From the NCBI GenBank assembly GCA_964304625.1, contig OZ199838.1:2043129-2107128 (forward strand): DNA of 64,000 nucleotides, written 5' to 3'. Each line of letters opens with the position of its first letter. Position 1 is the first letter of the stretch. A program made the translations under genes and the position numbers. Below, piece by piece: positions 13,220 through 27,649 of the stretch. Origin of the DNA: Kudoa neothunni. Lineage: Eukaryota > Animalia > Cnidaria. Under the pieces are notes generated by a model that did no database searches, had not been told where the DNA came from, and saw only the letters and a list, made by a program, of their open reading frames with translations.

Positions 13220-15819
13220 ATAATTATTATTCTCCTTATTCAATGGCTAGACTAATTTCTGGCATCTATGAACTCGATAATTTTTAACAGCATTCTTTAT
13301 TTTCATTGAATGCCCAATGTGTGTTTGATTTTGATTGATGAACACCTAAAAATGCTCAAATAAAATTTTGACAAAATATATCGTAAACACAATTCATTTT
13401 CTGTTTTTAATAAATCAATGAAAATCCTTGTGAGAGAGGCTTATCGTTCTGCATTTCCCTTTAGATTATTTGAGACATTAATTCATTATCTTTTAACTTA
13501 ATCACTGGAATCTGTAAATTTCTTGTCTAAGGAGTTCAATTTTTAGAAATATGTTAAAAATCATTTTTCACGGAAAATCAATTCAATTCATAGATTAACT
13601 TGTTAATTTTTTCCGATAATCAGACCAAAAATTAATCATGAAATTGTTTATAATGCCAAAATTCGAATAATATCAAATTTCTATGCCAAAAATAATATTT
13701 GTTAATTATTATTTTTTATGCTATGCAAATAATTATGTTCTGATTATTTCTTTGATATTTTATTTTGTTTTATTGGATTTCTACATCGAATATTTAAAAA
13801 AATTGTTTATAAAATACTACCCAGTTGATAAGATTATTTTTTTATAATTAAGCCGAATAAATAGAATTTTTAAATAGATCAATATGTTCAATTCTTTAAG
13901 TGACTATTTATTTTCGGTATTATAAATACATTTTACATCAATAATAATTTAAAAATTCCTTTCTTCTCTTCCTTGGTATAACCGTGTAACCAAAAAATAG
14001 GTTCATTTACTGATGATGATTCGCTGAATCATTAAAAAGTTGTTATCTTAGTTCAAACATTTGAAAACTTCATTTTATTTAGGAATATTTTTTCCATCAA
14101 ATTTTAAGATAAGTGATTGAGTACGCTACAGTAGGAAATATTGGCCTATAATGGTTTGTGTATATAAAGTTTATTCGCTAAAGAGTTATAAAAAATACAT
14201 TTTTTGTATCATCTATAAATTAAGTTTATGTGATTTAGGAAATAATAAAAATGTGTGTACCAAAATTAACTCTATATAAACGAGCCGATAAGCTCCGCCA
14301 CTTATTTAAATTATATATCAATACACAAAATTATTCATTTATCCGTTTTGAATTTAGTTTATGTAAATTAATATACATTATTTTCTTTACGTTTCAATTA
14401 AAAAATGTTAAATTATTGAATTGATCCATAATTTGTTTGGATAATCATTCATAACTTGGTTCTACTTCATATTGTTTATCATATAAACACAAATTTTATA
14501 ATATAAAATTTAATTATACAGGATTTTATAGGTTTTAAGCATGAATAGTTAAAAAGCGAGAAGACAACCACGTGATCTCAAAATAATTTTCTTAATTTCT
14601 AATAAAAAATTTAATAAAAAAATTATAAACTAAAGCAAATCTTATTACATTAATATCTACATTTAATAGTTCACAAATATTTTTATTAAAATGAAAAATG
14701 AGATGTTTTTGTGAAATTTGCAAAAAATTTATTTTTAAAGTTAGTCTATATAAAATTGTTATATACCAATGATAAAAAACCTAAATAGTAATAATAAATA
14801 ACTTTTGAATTAATAACTAAGAAGGAAACAAAATAATTCAATGTTTGTTGAAAAAAGACGGAGATTACACGTGTATCCGATCGCGCTCGGGTCAAAAATT
14901 CTCAATATTTTGAAATTATTATTCTGAGCTAAATTTATTCTCTCCTTATTTTTTTATTTTATTATTAAGAATTGCGATAAAATAAATGCGATAAAACGTG
15001 CTCAAGAGGATGTTTTTTAGGTGCCACATACTTCACCATTACCACAATCAGTTATGTTCCCTTATTAAGCAATATCAGTAAATTTTAGAGAAATAAAACT
15101 TTTTTGAATGACTAAAAATTTTGTCGTAATCTCATTAGATTACAACAAACGTCTAAAACAATTGAAATTCAAAATATGGACATGCGTAGAACATGGTATC
15201 GGAATGGGTATCGGTGAAACCCTAGTTCGAAGAAATGTAGCAGTGTTACATTAGACAAATATTTTTTGTGGGCTAAGAAATGGTCAATAAATAATAAAAT
15301 TTTTTCTCTTAGAAATATTGAGTTGCCTACGCTATTTTTCAATAAACGACACAAAAATGGAACTGGTCATTAAGACCTTTTTATTATTGTGCTATTTTAT
15401 TGACGAATTTTTCCATCGCTTGGAACTTAGCATCTTTATTATATGATATGAACTCGTAAAACCTTATAATTTCGAGTATTTTTGTAGTGTACATTGTTTT
15501 TGTTTCGCTAAAATTGATGCTCCATCCGTTATTTTTTGCAAAGTCCAAATTAAGCGCTGTACTCTGTCCATTTTTGCGTTAGATCCGTACAGTAAGTTTT
15601 CAACTTTAATATTTTATTGGAAACCAATTATTTATTGACAAAGGATCTATTTAAATCTGAATTAAAACAAAATAAGTAATAAACAAGTCAATTTTTAAAA
15701 ATTGCGTACGACCCATACATTACTGTATTTAATTTAATCTGGTTGCTATTAAGCCCAACTAATCAATATTTCAAAAAATGAGGAAAGAAAACGCGTGAAG
15801 CCTTTGTTCGCGTGATTAA

Positions 15820-16709
15820 CCCTACCGGTACCGGATGGGATATATTTGGTATCTCAGATCTCAGATAAGATAATTTCTTTCTAATTCCTAACAGACACAA
15901 TTTATTCTATTGAAATTCCTTGAATGCTTTCCTACTAATTTAGAACATTAGTAAAAAAATTTTTTAATTAATATTTAATTTTTGACGAGATGTATGACCT
16001 CAATTTTTTAATTGGTCCGATGGTTTCATTCATAAAAATCATTTTTGCGACCGCTAAATATTTAGTTACATTTTTGCGAATATTACATTCAACTATATAT
16101 CTCAATATTATGATTTTGGGCCAGATATTTTCAAATGTAAACTATAAGGATTAACGAAGATTAATTCATAACAATCGTGGTCTAGTGAATTTGTTTTCGT
16201 CGGAGAATTTCAACCTAATTTTACTTAAACTTAATCATATAGAGGGGTTTGAGGGAAGTTTAATGCAGAACATGGAGTAGAAACGTGATTTTTAGATTAA
16301 GGCGTTGCCATAGCCTGAGGGTGATCTCATGTGCCACTGTTACCCCAATATTTTGATATGTTTATAGGTTTGTGGTTACTCTTCTCCATAAATTTAGATG
16401 TTTTATTCGAAATTAGGCTTTTTTAGTTTAGTACTTGGAACTGTATAATATCAACAACAATGTTTATAAAATGTTTGGAGTAGGTTGATCTTTAAAGTTT
16501 AGAATACCAATCGATTAATCAAGGTTCATGGCCGATTGTAAACAAGAATGTATTAAGTGTTGATGGGTTAAAATAGCTTATAAATATGTTTAACGGTATT
16601 TTGATTTACTTAAAATCGAAAAAAAATAATTTCAAGCTGATTCCTCCTGGGGTTCCTCAGATACCCCAAGGGCGCACACCGAATTTTTTTGAGCTCGGTA
16701 CGAGAAGGG
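15820..16709. mobile_element. Non-autonomous piggyBac-like element
   Basis: TTAA|CCCTACCGGTACCG ... CGGTACGAGAAGGG|TTAA. The TIRs are imperfect (11/14) with a TTAA duplication, and there is a subterminal inverted GGTATCT(C/G)AG. No long ORF. Confidence 0.65.
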
Positions 16710-17695
16710 TTAACATTGTTGGGAAATTTTAAGCTTAGTATACTATATAGAACTAAAATTTAACAAATATATATCGAAAAATATTATATACCATTATAAA
16801 TTCAATTATTGGAATTAAATCGGTTTTTAAAAAGATGCGTAAAATCGGACCTATGTATACTATGTATAATACATAGATCGGTCCGTTGATTGTAGTATTT
16901 ACTTTATTTACCTATTGTTACTAAAAATTTTAATTAAGAAGTTAACCTATTTATTACGTCATTATTATTATTTAAATTAACTTACTAAGGATTATCAATA
17001 AATTAATAGACTCCTTGCTTAGGGCTATAGCTTAAAAATATTATTAGAGTTAAAAATAGCACATTCCGATTGTCAGTCAACTCTTTACACTATTTAACAA
17101 TGACATTGAACTATAATTAACTTTATATTAAATAAAATTAAATACATGTGCAATATTTAAAACAAGAAAAACAGACGGTGTATTTTGTTACATTTATCAT
17201 TTATTTATTTTTGTATTGAACACAACACATTACTAGGCTTTTAAGATGAAATATTTGAGTGGTAAAAATTTCGAGGCACAGCCTTGGACTAATTTTGGAA
17301 TTAAAACATTAAAAAACAAAACCTTCAATATTTCAACAAACTAGTGATCCCATCATTCCATTATTTAAAACATACTATTTGGCTATTATTAGAAATAGAT
17401 ATAGAGACTACTCTGTCATATGAAAGCACACTTAAATCTATATTGGTATTCCAAGTACAAGGAAGAGAATAAAATAAACTATAATATGATTTACAAATAA
17501 TCTGCTGATCTGATTCATTATTATAGGATGTTACCGAAAGGGGGTTATTTTATTTGGATATCACCCGAAGTTAATTAATACTTCGTAACTGGAGTTTATT
17601 TGAAATTAGCAAATAGATCTATATTGTTGTAATCTGTTTATTTGGTGTCTTAAGCCAGCTAAAATAAACTCAAATATTATATCCAGACTGGAACT

Positions 17696-19347
17696 ATGGA
17701 AACTGAAGATAAATGTTTCGTTTGTCTAGAGGTCATATATCATGAAGATGAATTTGTGACAGCTTCTGACAATATGTATCATATGGATTGTTTTGTGTAT
17801 GATTTACTTTTGGTTCCTCTGAACAATTGACACTCCAATCCACTAACATACTTTATATTTCTCTAGGTGTTCGTATTGCTTCAAGTCGTTAGTAGATGAG
17901 GAATATTACGAGGTAGACTAAAATGAATTTCTTTACTAAAATAGAATTAAAGAATCGATTTTATAACCACAAAGGACTAATTTAACGACTATTGTGTTTA
18001 GTTCGATTCACATTTGTTTTGCGAAAATCATTACTTGAAACTTTATGCCCCAACTTGTAAAGTTTGTGGTATGTGTTCTGGCATAATATGAAGCCTAAAA
18101 TGATTTTGATTGTCTAACTAGAAAGCGGTATAACTGGAAATATACGGTTGGTGAAACAATTCAGTTATCATGACATCTGTTTCAATTGTCAAATATGCAA
18201 GAAAAGTCTCGAAGACGGGAGGGTTGTATGCACGGATGAAGGGTAAATATGAATGGAGGAGAAAATAATTATCGTCAAATTTTCCTGATTTAGAATGATT
18301 GTATGTTCAAGTTGTCACAATGATAGAGACAGTAAGCCATTTTCTAATTAATTATCATTACGATAAAAAATCTTTAATTTTTTAGAGTTTGTTGGGAGTT
18401 GTGAATCATGCAAGTAGATCATGATTTTATTACATTAGTGTCTAAAAATTTGTGTTTATGTGTTAGTGACCCACTGGTAAATGATGACTATATACTCTAT
18501 AAGGGAAGTTATGTGCATCCCTACCACCATCGCTGTTTCAGCTGCCAGTAAATAGGCGTTTTATAATTGAGATCGAGTTGGTTGATTGAGGTTATAGCGC
18601 GCTATTGAAGAAAGACGCAATCACTCACAGCGAAACCCTCTATTGTACCAGATGCTACGATTTTAAAATTGCAAAGATTTGTTGTGTTTGCAAGTAAGTT
18701 ATATATGACAACTTTTGCAGTTTTTCGCTCCATCAAACCATTAAAAAATTTTTCTAATCGATTAGAAGATCAATAAGTGGGATTGGTGTGTATGTGGACG
18801 ATAGATATTATCACCCCGAGGTAGATTACATTTGACAAATTCTATTTTTACCAACCTATAATTTCAAGCATTTCAACTGTTCTGTTTGCTGCATTACTCT
18901 CAAGGCCGAGACCTTTTATTCAATAAAAAATTATATGTTTTGTAAAACACACTATAATCAGGTATTCGTTGATACTCACTTAAAACTCATTATCGCTCGC
19001 TTGCTATGATGTTTAAAATTGTATTTAGTATTTCGTCACTCCTTGCTTTCTTTGTGGGGAAGGAGACGCGGAAAAAAACACCAAACTTTACGGGAAATTT
19101 CACTGCCCCAAGCATCGAATCTGTTATCACTGTTTGCGATGTATGGAAGACAAGTAATTTTTTACAAATTAAACTCACACCTTATGCGACTATTCCAAAT
19201 GAATTAAGAACCAATGTGGTCGAGTACGATAACAAGCCTATCTGCGAAACCTGCTTCAAAGAGATGCCAGTTAAAATCAAAAAAGTTATTAGACACGTAT
19301 TTTTGGAATCAAAACCATACTCAACAGCTGCAAAGAATACACAATAA
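17696..19347 (+). CDS. LIMS1: PINCH / LIM and senescent cell antigen-like protein (five LIM domains, at least 11 introns)
   Basis: The spliced product has five tandem LIM domains with PINCH-diagnostic segments YHMDCFVCSYCF...YYEFDSHLFCENHYLKLYAPTCKVC, FCKTHYNQ (human YCETHYNQ) and VEYDNKPICETCFKEMPVKIKK (human [22 protein letters not shown]). An upstream exon is possible (AG at ~17686). Confidence 0.9.
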
Positions 19348-19890
19348 CAAAAGTATCATTTTGTCTATGGCTTGGTGCTAACTTAGCAACTAGCTAACCA
19401 CCAAACTATATCAACACAATATATATATAAATATATATATATATATGAATCGGTGATTATTATGGATTTTTTTGTTAGTTGTTATCTTTATTTAACCATT
19501 TGCTAAAAAAATATGTTATCAACACAACAACTAATACAAATATATTATCAATATGTATTATCAATTACAATGGTACTGGAGTTTTGAGGATATTGAAACC
19601 GTAGGGTAATTGAGGAAATACAGTGTGCAAATAGAAATAACAGTGCCCAACCAATATACCTAGAATAAAAAATGACTGTGTCGTTAATATTTGCGAGAGA
19701 TTATTGGTAGGGTAAATATGACGAGGGCGACTAATTTCTACTAATTTTATCTGATTAAAACAGCTTTGACTATGTTTGATTTATTATCACTTATAATAGT
19801 TTTAAAGCAGATGTAAAATTATTTTATATGATAAATAAATTAAAAAGTTTTTTGAAATCTGTATACGATGTGATGTAATTTAACATAGAA

Positions 19891-20022
19891 CAGCGCTTCC
19901 CAATAAAATTTGACTCGCACCCCTTTTCACACGATAAGATGTAACTGACTTAAAATTTATCAAAAATTATTTTCAATTTTGATCGGATCTCACACCACCT
20001 AAGACCAAAGTTCGCACCCCTG
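19891..20022. mobile_element. hAT (Charlie/Buster-like) MITE
   Basis: CAG...CTG termini with degenerate TIRs, flanked by ACATAGAA / GCATAGAA (7/8 match, 8-bp TSD). Confidence 0.5.
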
Positions 20023-21008
20023 GCATAGAATATTGTTGCGCATGCTCATATGTAATTAGGAATTATATTCGTTTCTACTTAAAAAATTCTAATTAAACCA
20101 AAAATAATCCAGAGGATTATATTTTTTTAAATTAAAAAACAACTCTGCCATTAGTGATTAAAAAAAGAGAATAAAAGCTCTTCACATTATCACTGAACAT
20201 AAATGAAATAATTTTAAAATGTTCAAAAATAATATTAATACTACGTAGATAACGTTGTTTCTTTGAAAAAAAGTCCAATCTTAAATTTGTTTTATTTCGG
20301 GAAATAAAACTTGAATTTACGTTCGAATTGGGATTTTAAATATTTTGCTACCAATAATTACACTACACTAGATAACCGATAGTGCGGCATATAATACTAC
20401 CGGAATAATAATTGAGTGAGTTACTTTGAATTTAAATCTACGTGATTTGGTTGAATTTTAGCGCGTACTATCAGCCAGTCACGTGATACAAATACATTGA
20501 TACTTTCCTACTTTATTTCAAAAATATTTCAAACGGATGAATTATTCACGAAAAGTATGAAATAGCCGAAACGTAACCCAGTTTGTGCTTAAAAGTGCAA
20601 TAATAGCCATCATTAGACATTTTACAATATACGCTGTATCTAAGTTAAATAAAAGTTGTAAATATTTTAAATTATTGATATGGCTCAAAAATGAAATCAC
20701 GGGTACACTGAGAAGAGAAATGACCCATCAGTTAATCATAACTTAGGTTGAGGGATTTGATAAAGTAAAAAATCCAAATTAATTTCAGATGATAAAATAA
20801 TTATAACTAAAGAATTAATTAATGTGATAACGATTGGCTCAACTATTATTTAGGATATTCCTAAAACTAACTGAATTGGTTATTAAAGGAATACTTTTCC
20901 ATTCATAATCTGCTAAAGTTGGTATAAATACGGGTATTAATTTCTTCATCCAAGTTGAAAATTTTTTTAACATTTCTCTTGAGATTTTATATTTAAATAA
21001 GAGATGGG

Positions 21009-22070
21009 GGCTAAATTACAGTGACTGGGACTCGCTTGGGATAAAATGGACAAACTTTGATAAACATTGTAACAATTAAAATATATGATTGTTACTCATT
21101 ATATATTTAAATAACGTTGATAATTCTTTGCCGAAATATTTTCTCCAATACATAAAATCGGCAACATAATGAGGAAGTGTTTCTGGGTTTATATTTGTTG
21201 CGTTCCGATATTTACGCTTAAAAGCCCCCCAGGTGGCTTCAATTCTGTTAATGTATATTCCCTCAGAGAAAATAAACTTCCTTCGGTAAATAACTATCCC
21301 AGGCACAAAACCCAACTCAGTCAAGCTATCATACTCTTTCCAACCGTTCGCCCAAATAATCGAGTCTTCTTCGACGTTGTCAAGGATTTTTTTCAGGCAT
21401 GTCTTTATTTCTTCGCTGAGTTGAGTGCAAAAAACCATTTCCATTTTCGTTGATACCATTAATCATCCAATATTGTTGATTACGAAGAATCCTTCCCACG
21501 TTGTATTTTATTATAAATATAGCGGTCTCATCAATTTGAACGATAACTCCCTCTCCGCCAATTTTGGAAAATTCCTCATCCAATTTATAGGTCATAAAAC
21601 CATATATTACATTTATCCATTCACATATGCACATATGGTGGAATTGGATGATATTCCAATATGTTTTCGAATTTTCTCATAAGTCATGGATGGGTTTTGA
21701 ATTGTCGAAATGATAAATATGAGGATTTTCCACAACGGAAGTCTAGATATTTCAAAAATAGTTCCCTTTCAAATCTGTCTTTTTTCTGCATAAAGTGCAT
21801 TTATACTGATATCCATCATCAGTATCTTCTCTTTTAGAAAAAAAATTTTGACCGACACACAAATATTGAGAATAAGTTGGTATCAATCCGCGATTTTGTA
21901 ATGTCTTTATTGTATAGTCTAAATCATCACGAAGATGGTCATAATCCATATTAGTGATATCATCAATATTCTCGAAAGTATATATTTTCTTGTTAAAATT
22001 CATCGCGCCACAAATACAACGATCAGTTATGAATATTGTCGGAGCGAGGCATAGTCACTGTAATTTAGCC
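21009..22070 (-). mobile_element. Merlin (IS1595/ISXO2-like DDE) transposon, frameshifted
   Basis: TIRs of ~29 bp beginning GGCTAAATTACAGTGACT at both ends. Transposase fragments carry YQYKCTLCRKK, KIGGEGVIVQIDET, IWANGWKEYDSL and INRIEATWGAFKR, split over three ORFs. No TSD recognised. Confidence 0.85.
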
Positions 22071-24084
22071 AAAAGTTTCAAACTATGAATAAATCATTTG
22101 TGTTTAAAAAATGATTTATACTAAATTAAAACGAAAGTTGTAAAGCTTAGAAAATGAGGTAATAATATAATATGGATTTCCATAGAAGAACATAAACATG
22201 AGCTTATGATTAACGGTCAATACAGAAAACTTTCTGAATATAACATATTAAAATTCAACCATGTTCATTTATAGGATTTTGGAATTTTTAGATGAAAAGG
22301 GAATGAAATTTGAGATATTTCACAAAAAATAATAAATTCAGTGTAAACGAATATAGAATAAATAATAAAAAATATTTCGGCGCAAATTACATCAGGAAAT
22401 CGATTTTCCGTAATCTCCTACGGATCAGAGAAATGTTATTGAAAATGCAACACTGATCGAGTTTACGTATTTTTTTGATGCTTGCACAGATAATTAAAAT
22501 ATTTTGTATTGAAGCAATATAAAAATGTTCACAATTATTAATTTTAGGAATGATTTTTCTCTTCTCAACATAACTTGAATTAAATTTGGTGGTTATGCAT
22601 TTAGAACATCATCATTTTAAATAATGTGGTTTTTAATCGAAATACTTTTGTAGTTGGACTTTGAAAAATAAACCGTTCGTTTATTGAGAGATAGTAATAA
22701 ACTTGTTGAATTATTTGAAAAATACATGATGACATTATGTAATTTAGTTTTATTGTTAAAAATTGAGATTCAGAGACACATACAAATGGTGAACGGCATT
22801 TTTGAAATTACTATTTTAACAAATTAGGTCTATTTTAAATATTTCATCATCACTCTTGCTTTCTTATTTTACTCAAATTGACTGGGTTAATTTTTATAAT
22901 CGTTAAAAAAATCGTCAAGTCATGTCATGTGATGACAAATCCACGTAAGATCTGAACAACTACCAGAAATGGACGTACAAAATTAGCTCATAAATCATGT
23001 TAGATCCCTTCTCTAGATGTGAATTTGATTCCAGGCATAAACCAAAGTTTACTTTAGAAACTTTGTACATATTGCAATGATTTGACATTGTTTTATCGAT
23101 TGAATAGTATAGTTTATATAGATTGTACAAAAAAGACGGTAGAAGATCTTGCAGTAATAGCATTTGATTTCTACTACTAGTGATGGTGACGGTTTTAAGT
23201 GCATAAATCGCCAACCAAGAAAATTGACAATTTTTAAATTAAGGCGTGACATATAACCATAAAGTCTCCTAAAAATAATAAATTTTGAACTTCTTTATTA
23301 ATTTTAATCGCCTATTATATATAATACATCGGTTTTCTTGCCTCTAATGCTTTTAATCAATTATAAACTATAGCGTAAAAAGTATTTTTTTATTTTGAAT
23401 GAATCCAAACTTATTTTATACGATGAAATTAATTCGGAGTTTTCCAACCAGATCAAAATCGCGAACCGTATAAGACTTACTACCGGCTTTCGTTCGCAAA
23501 TTAAAAAAAATGGATAAATAATAAACTTTTCTTTACCGATAAATTATTTACAAAGTTATCATGGATTTAATTAATTTAAAAAAAGGATTTTCAAAATTAA
23601 GTTAGGTTAAATCGTTAATCCCAATTTTTTTACAAAAAAACATAAATAAATTACTTTTTACTTGTAATTTTAGGTTTTAATTGCATAAAATAAACTTTCT
23701 TAATTTACAGAAATAAAGATAGACTCTGATAATCATATATAAGAGAAGAGAAAGTAAAAGTACATAAAACCAACTACTTACTGTATCCGTATAGAATTTT
23801 TTCATACAATGCTCAAAAATTCAAAAAATAAAATTTGATAGAACTGACAATTTACAAAATTTTATCTCACTTTTTAAGTGATATTTTTTTATTAAAACAA
23901 CCTTAAGAATGTATTTTTAATTATTCTAATTTAAAAAGAAATTCTACACTCACGCTGAATAATAAAGGAAATACAAATTTCCTATTATTGGTTGCAAGCT
24001 TTGTCAGAAATTTATTTATGTTCACAGTGGAACTACGTTGTAGCGGTTGTCTAATTCGATTACGTAATTCAATCGATAGATACA

Positions 24085-24159
24085 TACCCGTAAAAGTTCT
24101 GGTTTATGTTAACGCGCCTGTGTATTGAAAATTAATTTGCCCCGCCAATAATCAATCAA

Positions 24160-24210
<51 letters not shown>

Positions 24211-24959
24211 CAAATTACCCAGTACGTCATTCTTCCAATGGTTGGGTTCAAACATTAGCGAAATCACGGCAAAAGCATACGGAAGATATATACCCTTGAA
24301 CTCAATCACACCAAGTATACTGTAGACCTCATCGGGGCGGAATCGACTCCACACATACAAATACACCATCAACAAATTTGTTGCCATGAAATGCATTTTA
24401 TAAAACAGTTGAAAAATCTAAACACCAATCAAAAAAGTAAAACACATGAGTAGGAGAGGGAATCCCATACATTAAATATCAACATGATCACAAAAATAAA
24501 GTACAAAAAATCTCCGGTGCGACGATAATAACAACGCACCTCCAACAAACGCATATAGCTTCCCCTAAATTGAAATCGTCATACACACATCGTTATCACT
24601 AATAAAAACTCACATAAAGATCATATAGAATACGGGTGTCGAATCAAACTCCCCAACATACAAAAATGAGGTCAGCAATCGATAGAACTATATTTTTATT
24701 CGATTGTGCCGAGTAATTTTATTTAAAATTCGCTCATTATAAACTACTTGAAATTTTCGAAATATCATAAACGCACTGTAATGCAAATCGTACACATGAA
24801 TAAAATCCAACGACTACATAAAAATACGATTTATCTCTTTAACAACGCATATCTACAACTTACAACCAATATCGATGTGGCCAGCATAGCCACTAAATAC
24901 AACCCGGTCACAGGTGGCATGTCTGTTATCAACAATGGCAAGTCATTTAGGTTGAACAT
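24085..24959 (-). CDS. Derlin (Der1-like ERAD rhomboid pseudoprotease), disrupted 3' region (possible pseudogene or assembly defect)
   Basis: Spliced motifs DMPPVTGLYLVAMLATSILV, FYRLLTSFLYVGEF, YMRLLE...YYRRTGDFLYF, YLYVWSRFRP and FKGIYLPY are typical of Derlins. A (TA)n tract and an in-frame TAA lie near the C-terminus. The true 3' end is uncertain. Confidence 0.8.
24164..24208. repeat. (TA)~22 microsatellite inside the Derlin reading frame
   Basis: Directly visible perfect TA run, translated as (IY)n. Confidence 0.95.
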
Positions 24960-25533
24960 AGCAGCAGTCAATTCTGACTTGAAACTGCGTACGCATGCCG
25001 ACATTTTATTTACCAATTCAGAAACACCGCAACTATCCCTTATTTGGAATATCCAAATGTGTATATAATATTGGAAATTTTGCGAGATGTTTAATAGCTT
25101 TTATCAACGTTTGAATATCATAATTTATTATGATAAGATCGTTATTTTTGAATAAATTGAAATATTATTAATTTTATTTAATTGAAATATTATTTCTTTG
25201 GATTTTAAAATAGTTGAGTGATTTAAATTTATAGACTTATTTTGATTTATTCTATTAATACAAGAAGGATATGATACTGAAAAATATAATGGCACTTTTG
25301 ATTACTACATAATTCGGTGCAGCCTCGGAGTTCTAACACACATAGAAAAGGTATTCAGAACAAAAAACAATGAGGAAAAGAAATTCTAGAAGGAGAATCG
25401 CCCGACCAAATCGTGCAACCGTCATCAAAGCATATACCTTTATGATCTATCATACGACAACCAACAAATATTTGTCCTATATTTCATTTTCATTTATTAT
25501 TTATTATTATCATTATTATTATTATTAATTATA

Positions 25534-26533
25534 CAGTAAATAACCAATTTCACGCATTTTTTAAGAACCTATTTGGCTAGAATATTGATTGGTCATTGTT
25601 TATATAGTATGTCTCTTATAATATTTCAATAAAAATTATTTTAAAAAGCTGCTAAATAACGTAACTAAATGTCACGTGATTGACCAATTTCACGCACTTT
25701 TTCGGTTACTTCTTGTTTATTATTTAGTTAGATCAATATTGAATGCCAAAAAATTCCTAATCTATATCTATTGTTGAAGGGTGTAATATTACCAATTATT
25801 ATGAACGTCTCCAATGTAATGATCCAAAAACTGCCACTGTATCACGTTTTAAATATCTATTATCTCGACTCCTAATGGCATCCTAGAGATGAAAAATAAA
25901 ATGATCAAAACCTTTAAATGTTTGTAGAATCTAAAAGTAGACATTATTTGCATGCTGGACAATTTAATTCTGTTGACGAAGATGTATATGAATGGATTGG
26001 GTGGACAGGAAACAGAAAGATTGTAGTAGGTGTCGTCACGATAATCATCAAAAGAAATCAATTAGCCGAAGAAAAAGGTTTATCTTCATGTGCAATTGTG
26101 CAATTCGTGGAGGGTTTCGTTGTTTTAAAAGAGGTCCAACATTTTAAAAAAATTGTTTATTAATTAATCTGCTGATGCTACACCTGAAACTAATTCAGAA
26201 TGGATCAATCAAATCGGAACATTTTTTAAAAGATACTCTGAAAATTTGACTTACAATGTAAACGAAACTGCCTTATTCTATCGATAGCAACAAGAAGAGT
26301 ATTTCATAGATCGTTGAAAAATATTTTTGGTGCTGTTAACATGTTTCTCGAGTTTTAACTATCGTTTAAAAATTAATATATAGTTAACTAGTCTTTATAA
26401 ACGCAATTTAATCATTATTAAATAATTTTTTTCCTGAAATAATTGCGTTTGTAAGTGCGTGAAATTGGACGTGACCAGTTTGACCCATTTTTTCTTGGTC
26501 CCCAGGGGATTATGTGAAATTGGTTTCTTATTG
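25534..26533 (+). mobile_element. Degenerate pogo/Tigger element
   Basis: TA|CAGTAAATAACCAATTTCACGCA ... TATGTGAAATTGGTTTCTTATTG|TA. An internal remnant YNVNETALFYR matches the pogo N-x-DETGLFY motif. Confidence 0.7.
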
Positions 26534-27649
26534 TACTTAATATTTATTTGTTTTATTTTATTTTATAGACACAAAGTATCATGTTTTTCATAGACAAGAA
26601 TAGAAATATTTATTTATTTATTTATTTGATGCGCAGAGACGAATTAAACTCACTTTCATTACGTTGCGGGGGAAAAATTATGGACTTGGCTATTTGCATG
26701 GATACATTTAATCCAATCCCCTCTCGGGACTGATTATACGCATGGATGGGAATATCTCCTAGAATATGTGAGATATTTAAAATTTGATTTCACATTTACG
26801 ATAGGTTATATTTTTCCTAAAAAATTTTCTAAAATTTTCTTAGTGCTTTTAAATGGAGGATTTGTGCATTTAAACCATTCGTTAACCATCTCTTATGCAT
26901 AAAAATCGTATTTTTCTTGAGTTAATAACAATATCCAAAGGTTATTTACGGTATTCAGTACAATTAAGTCAAATTATTTACCAAATCGTACGTTACCAAC
27001 TCGAATGAGACTCGCGTACGAGACAAACTTTCACACTTAATTCCGATGGCTAAAAATAATAAAAAAAATTAGGTTACCAAAATTCGTCTTATTTTTTTAA
27101 TGAAACGATGTTTTTACCGGTCGGTTGTTATTATCTTTTTAATGTTTTAATTATATGCTCTCAAGCTTGAAAATAATTTTATCGATTTCTTAAAATACTA
27201 GTTTTATTAAATTTATTGAGCGAAAATTTTTTAAATCAATATTAAATCAAAATTTTATTTTCAAAAAATTTAATTCAATTCTTCTTGATAAATGTTTAGG
27301 GAACCCAATAACAGACGTTCCACTCATTTTCCTCCTCCTTATAACTTTTATTTTGGATACTTCCTCCATTATAATATTAGATCAGTAAAGTACCAGGCGA
27401 GTATAAAAATGATGGAAAGTTTCGTTGTTACTTATAGTATCATACGATTGTAAATATTTGGTAATCATTATATGTTTTCTTTCAATTCTAATGGATTTCA
27501 GGTAACAGAACAATATGAAGAATTCTTACAGAGTTGAAAATCTTTTAATAATACCTTCGATATTTCATTTGTCAATTCCAATCTATCATTTGTGCAGTTT
27601 TCAAAATAATTTTCAGCATAACTTAGCCAACGATCCATTCACTTACGAT

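Noticed and set aside
14009-14040. CTGATGA followed by a hairpin, resembling a hammerhead ribozyme core
   Set aside because: The required GAAA after stem II is absent (TTAAAA), and no stems I or III were found.
21009-22070. IS1595-like transposase as bacterial contamination or recent horizontal transfer
   Set aside because: It is embedded among intron-containing genes with the same base composition, and eukaryotic Merlin elements explain it.
24109-24111. In-frame TAA in Derlin as evidence of stop-codon reassignment
   Set aside because: RPA3, PINCH and all four TGases end at TAA, and the CREC gene ends at TAG, at the expected positions, so the standard code applies.
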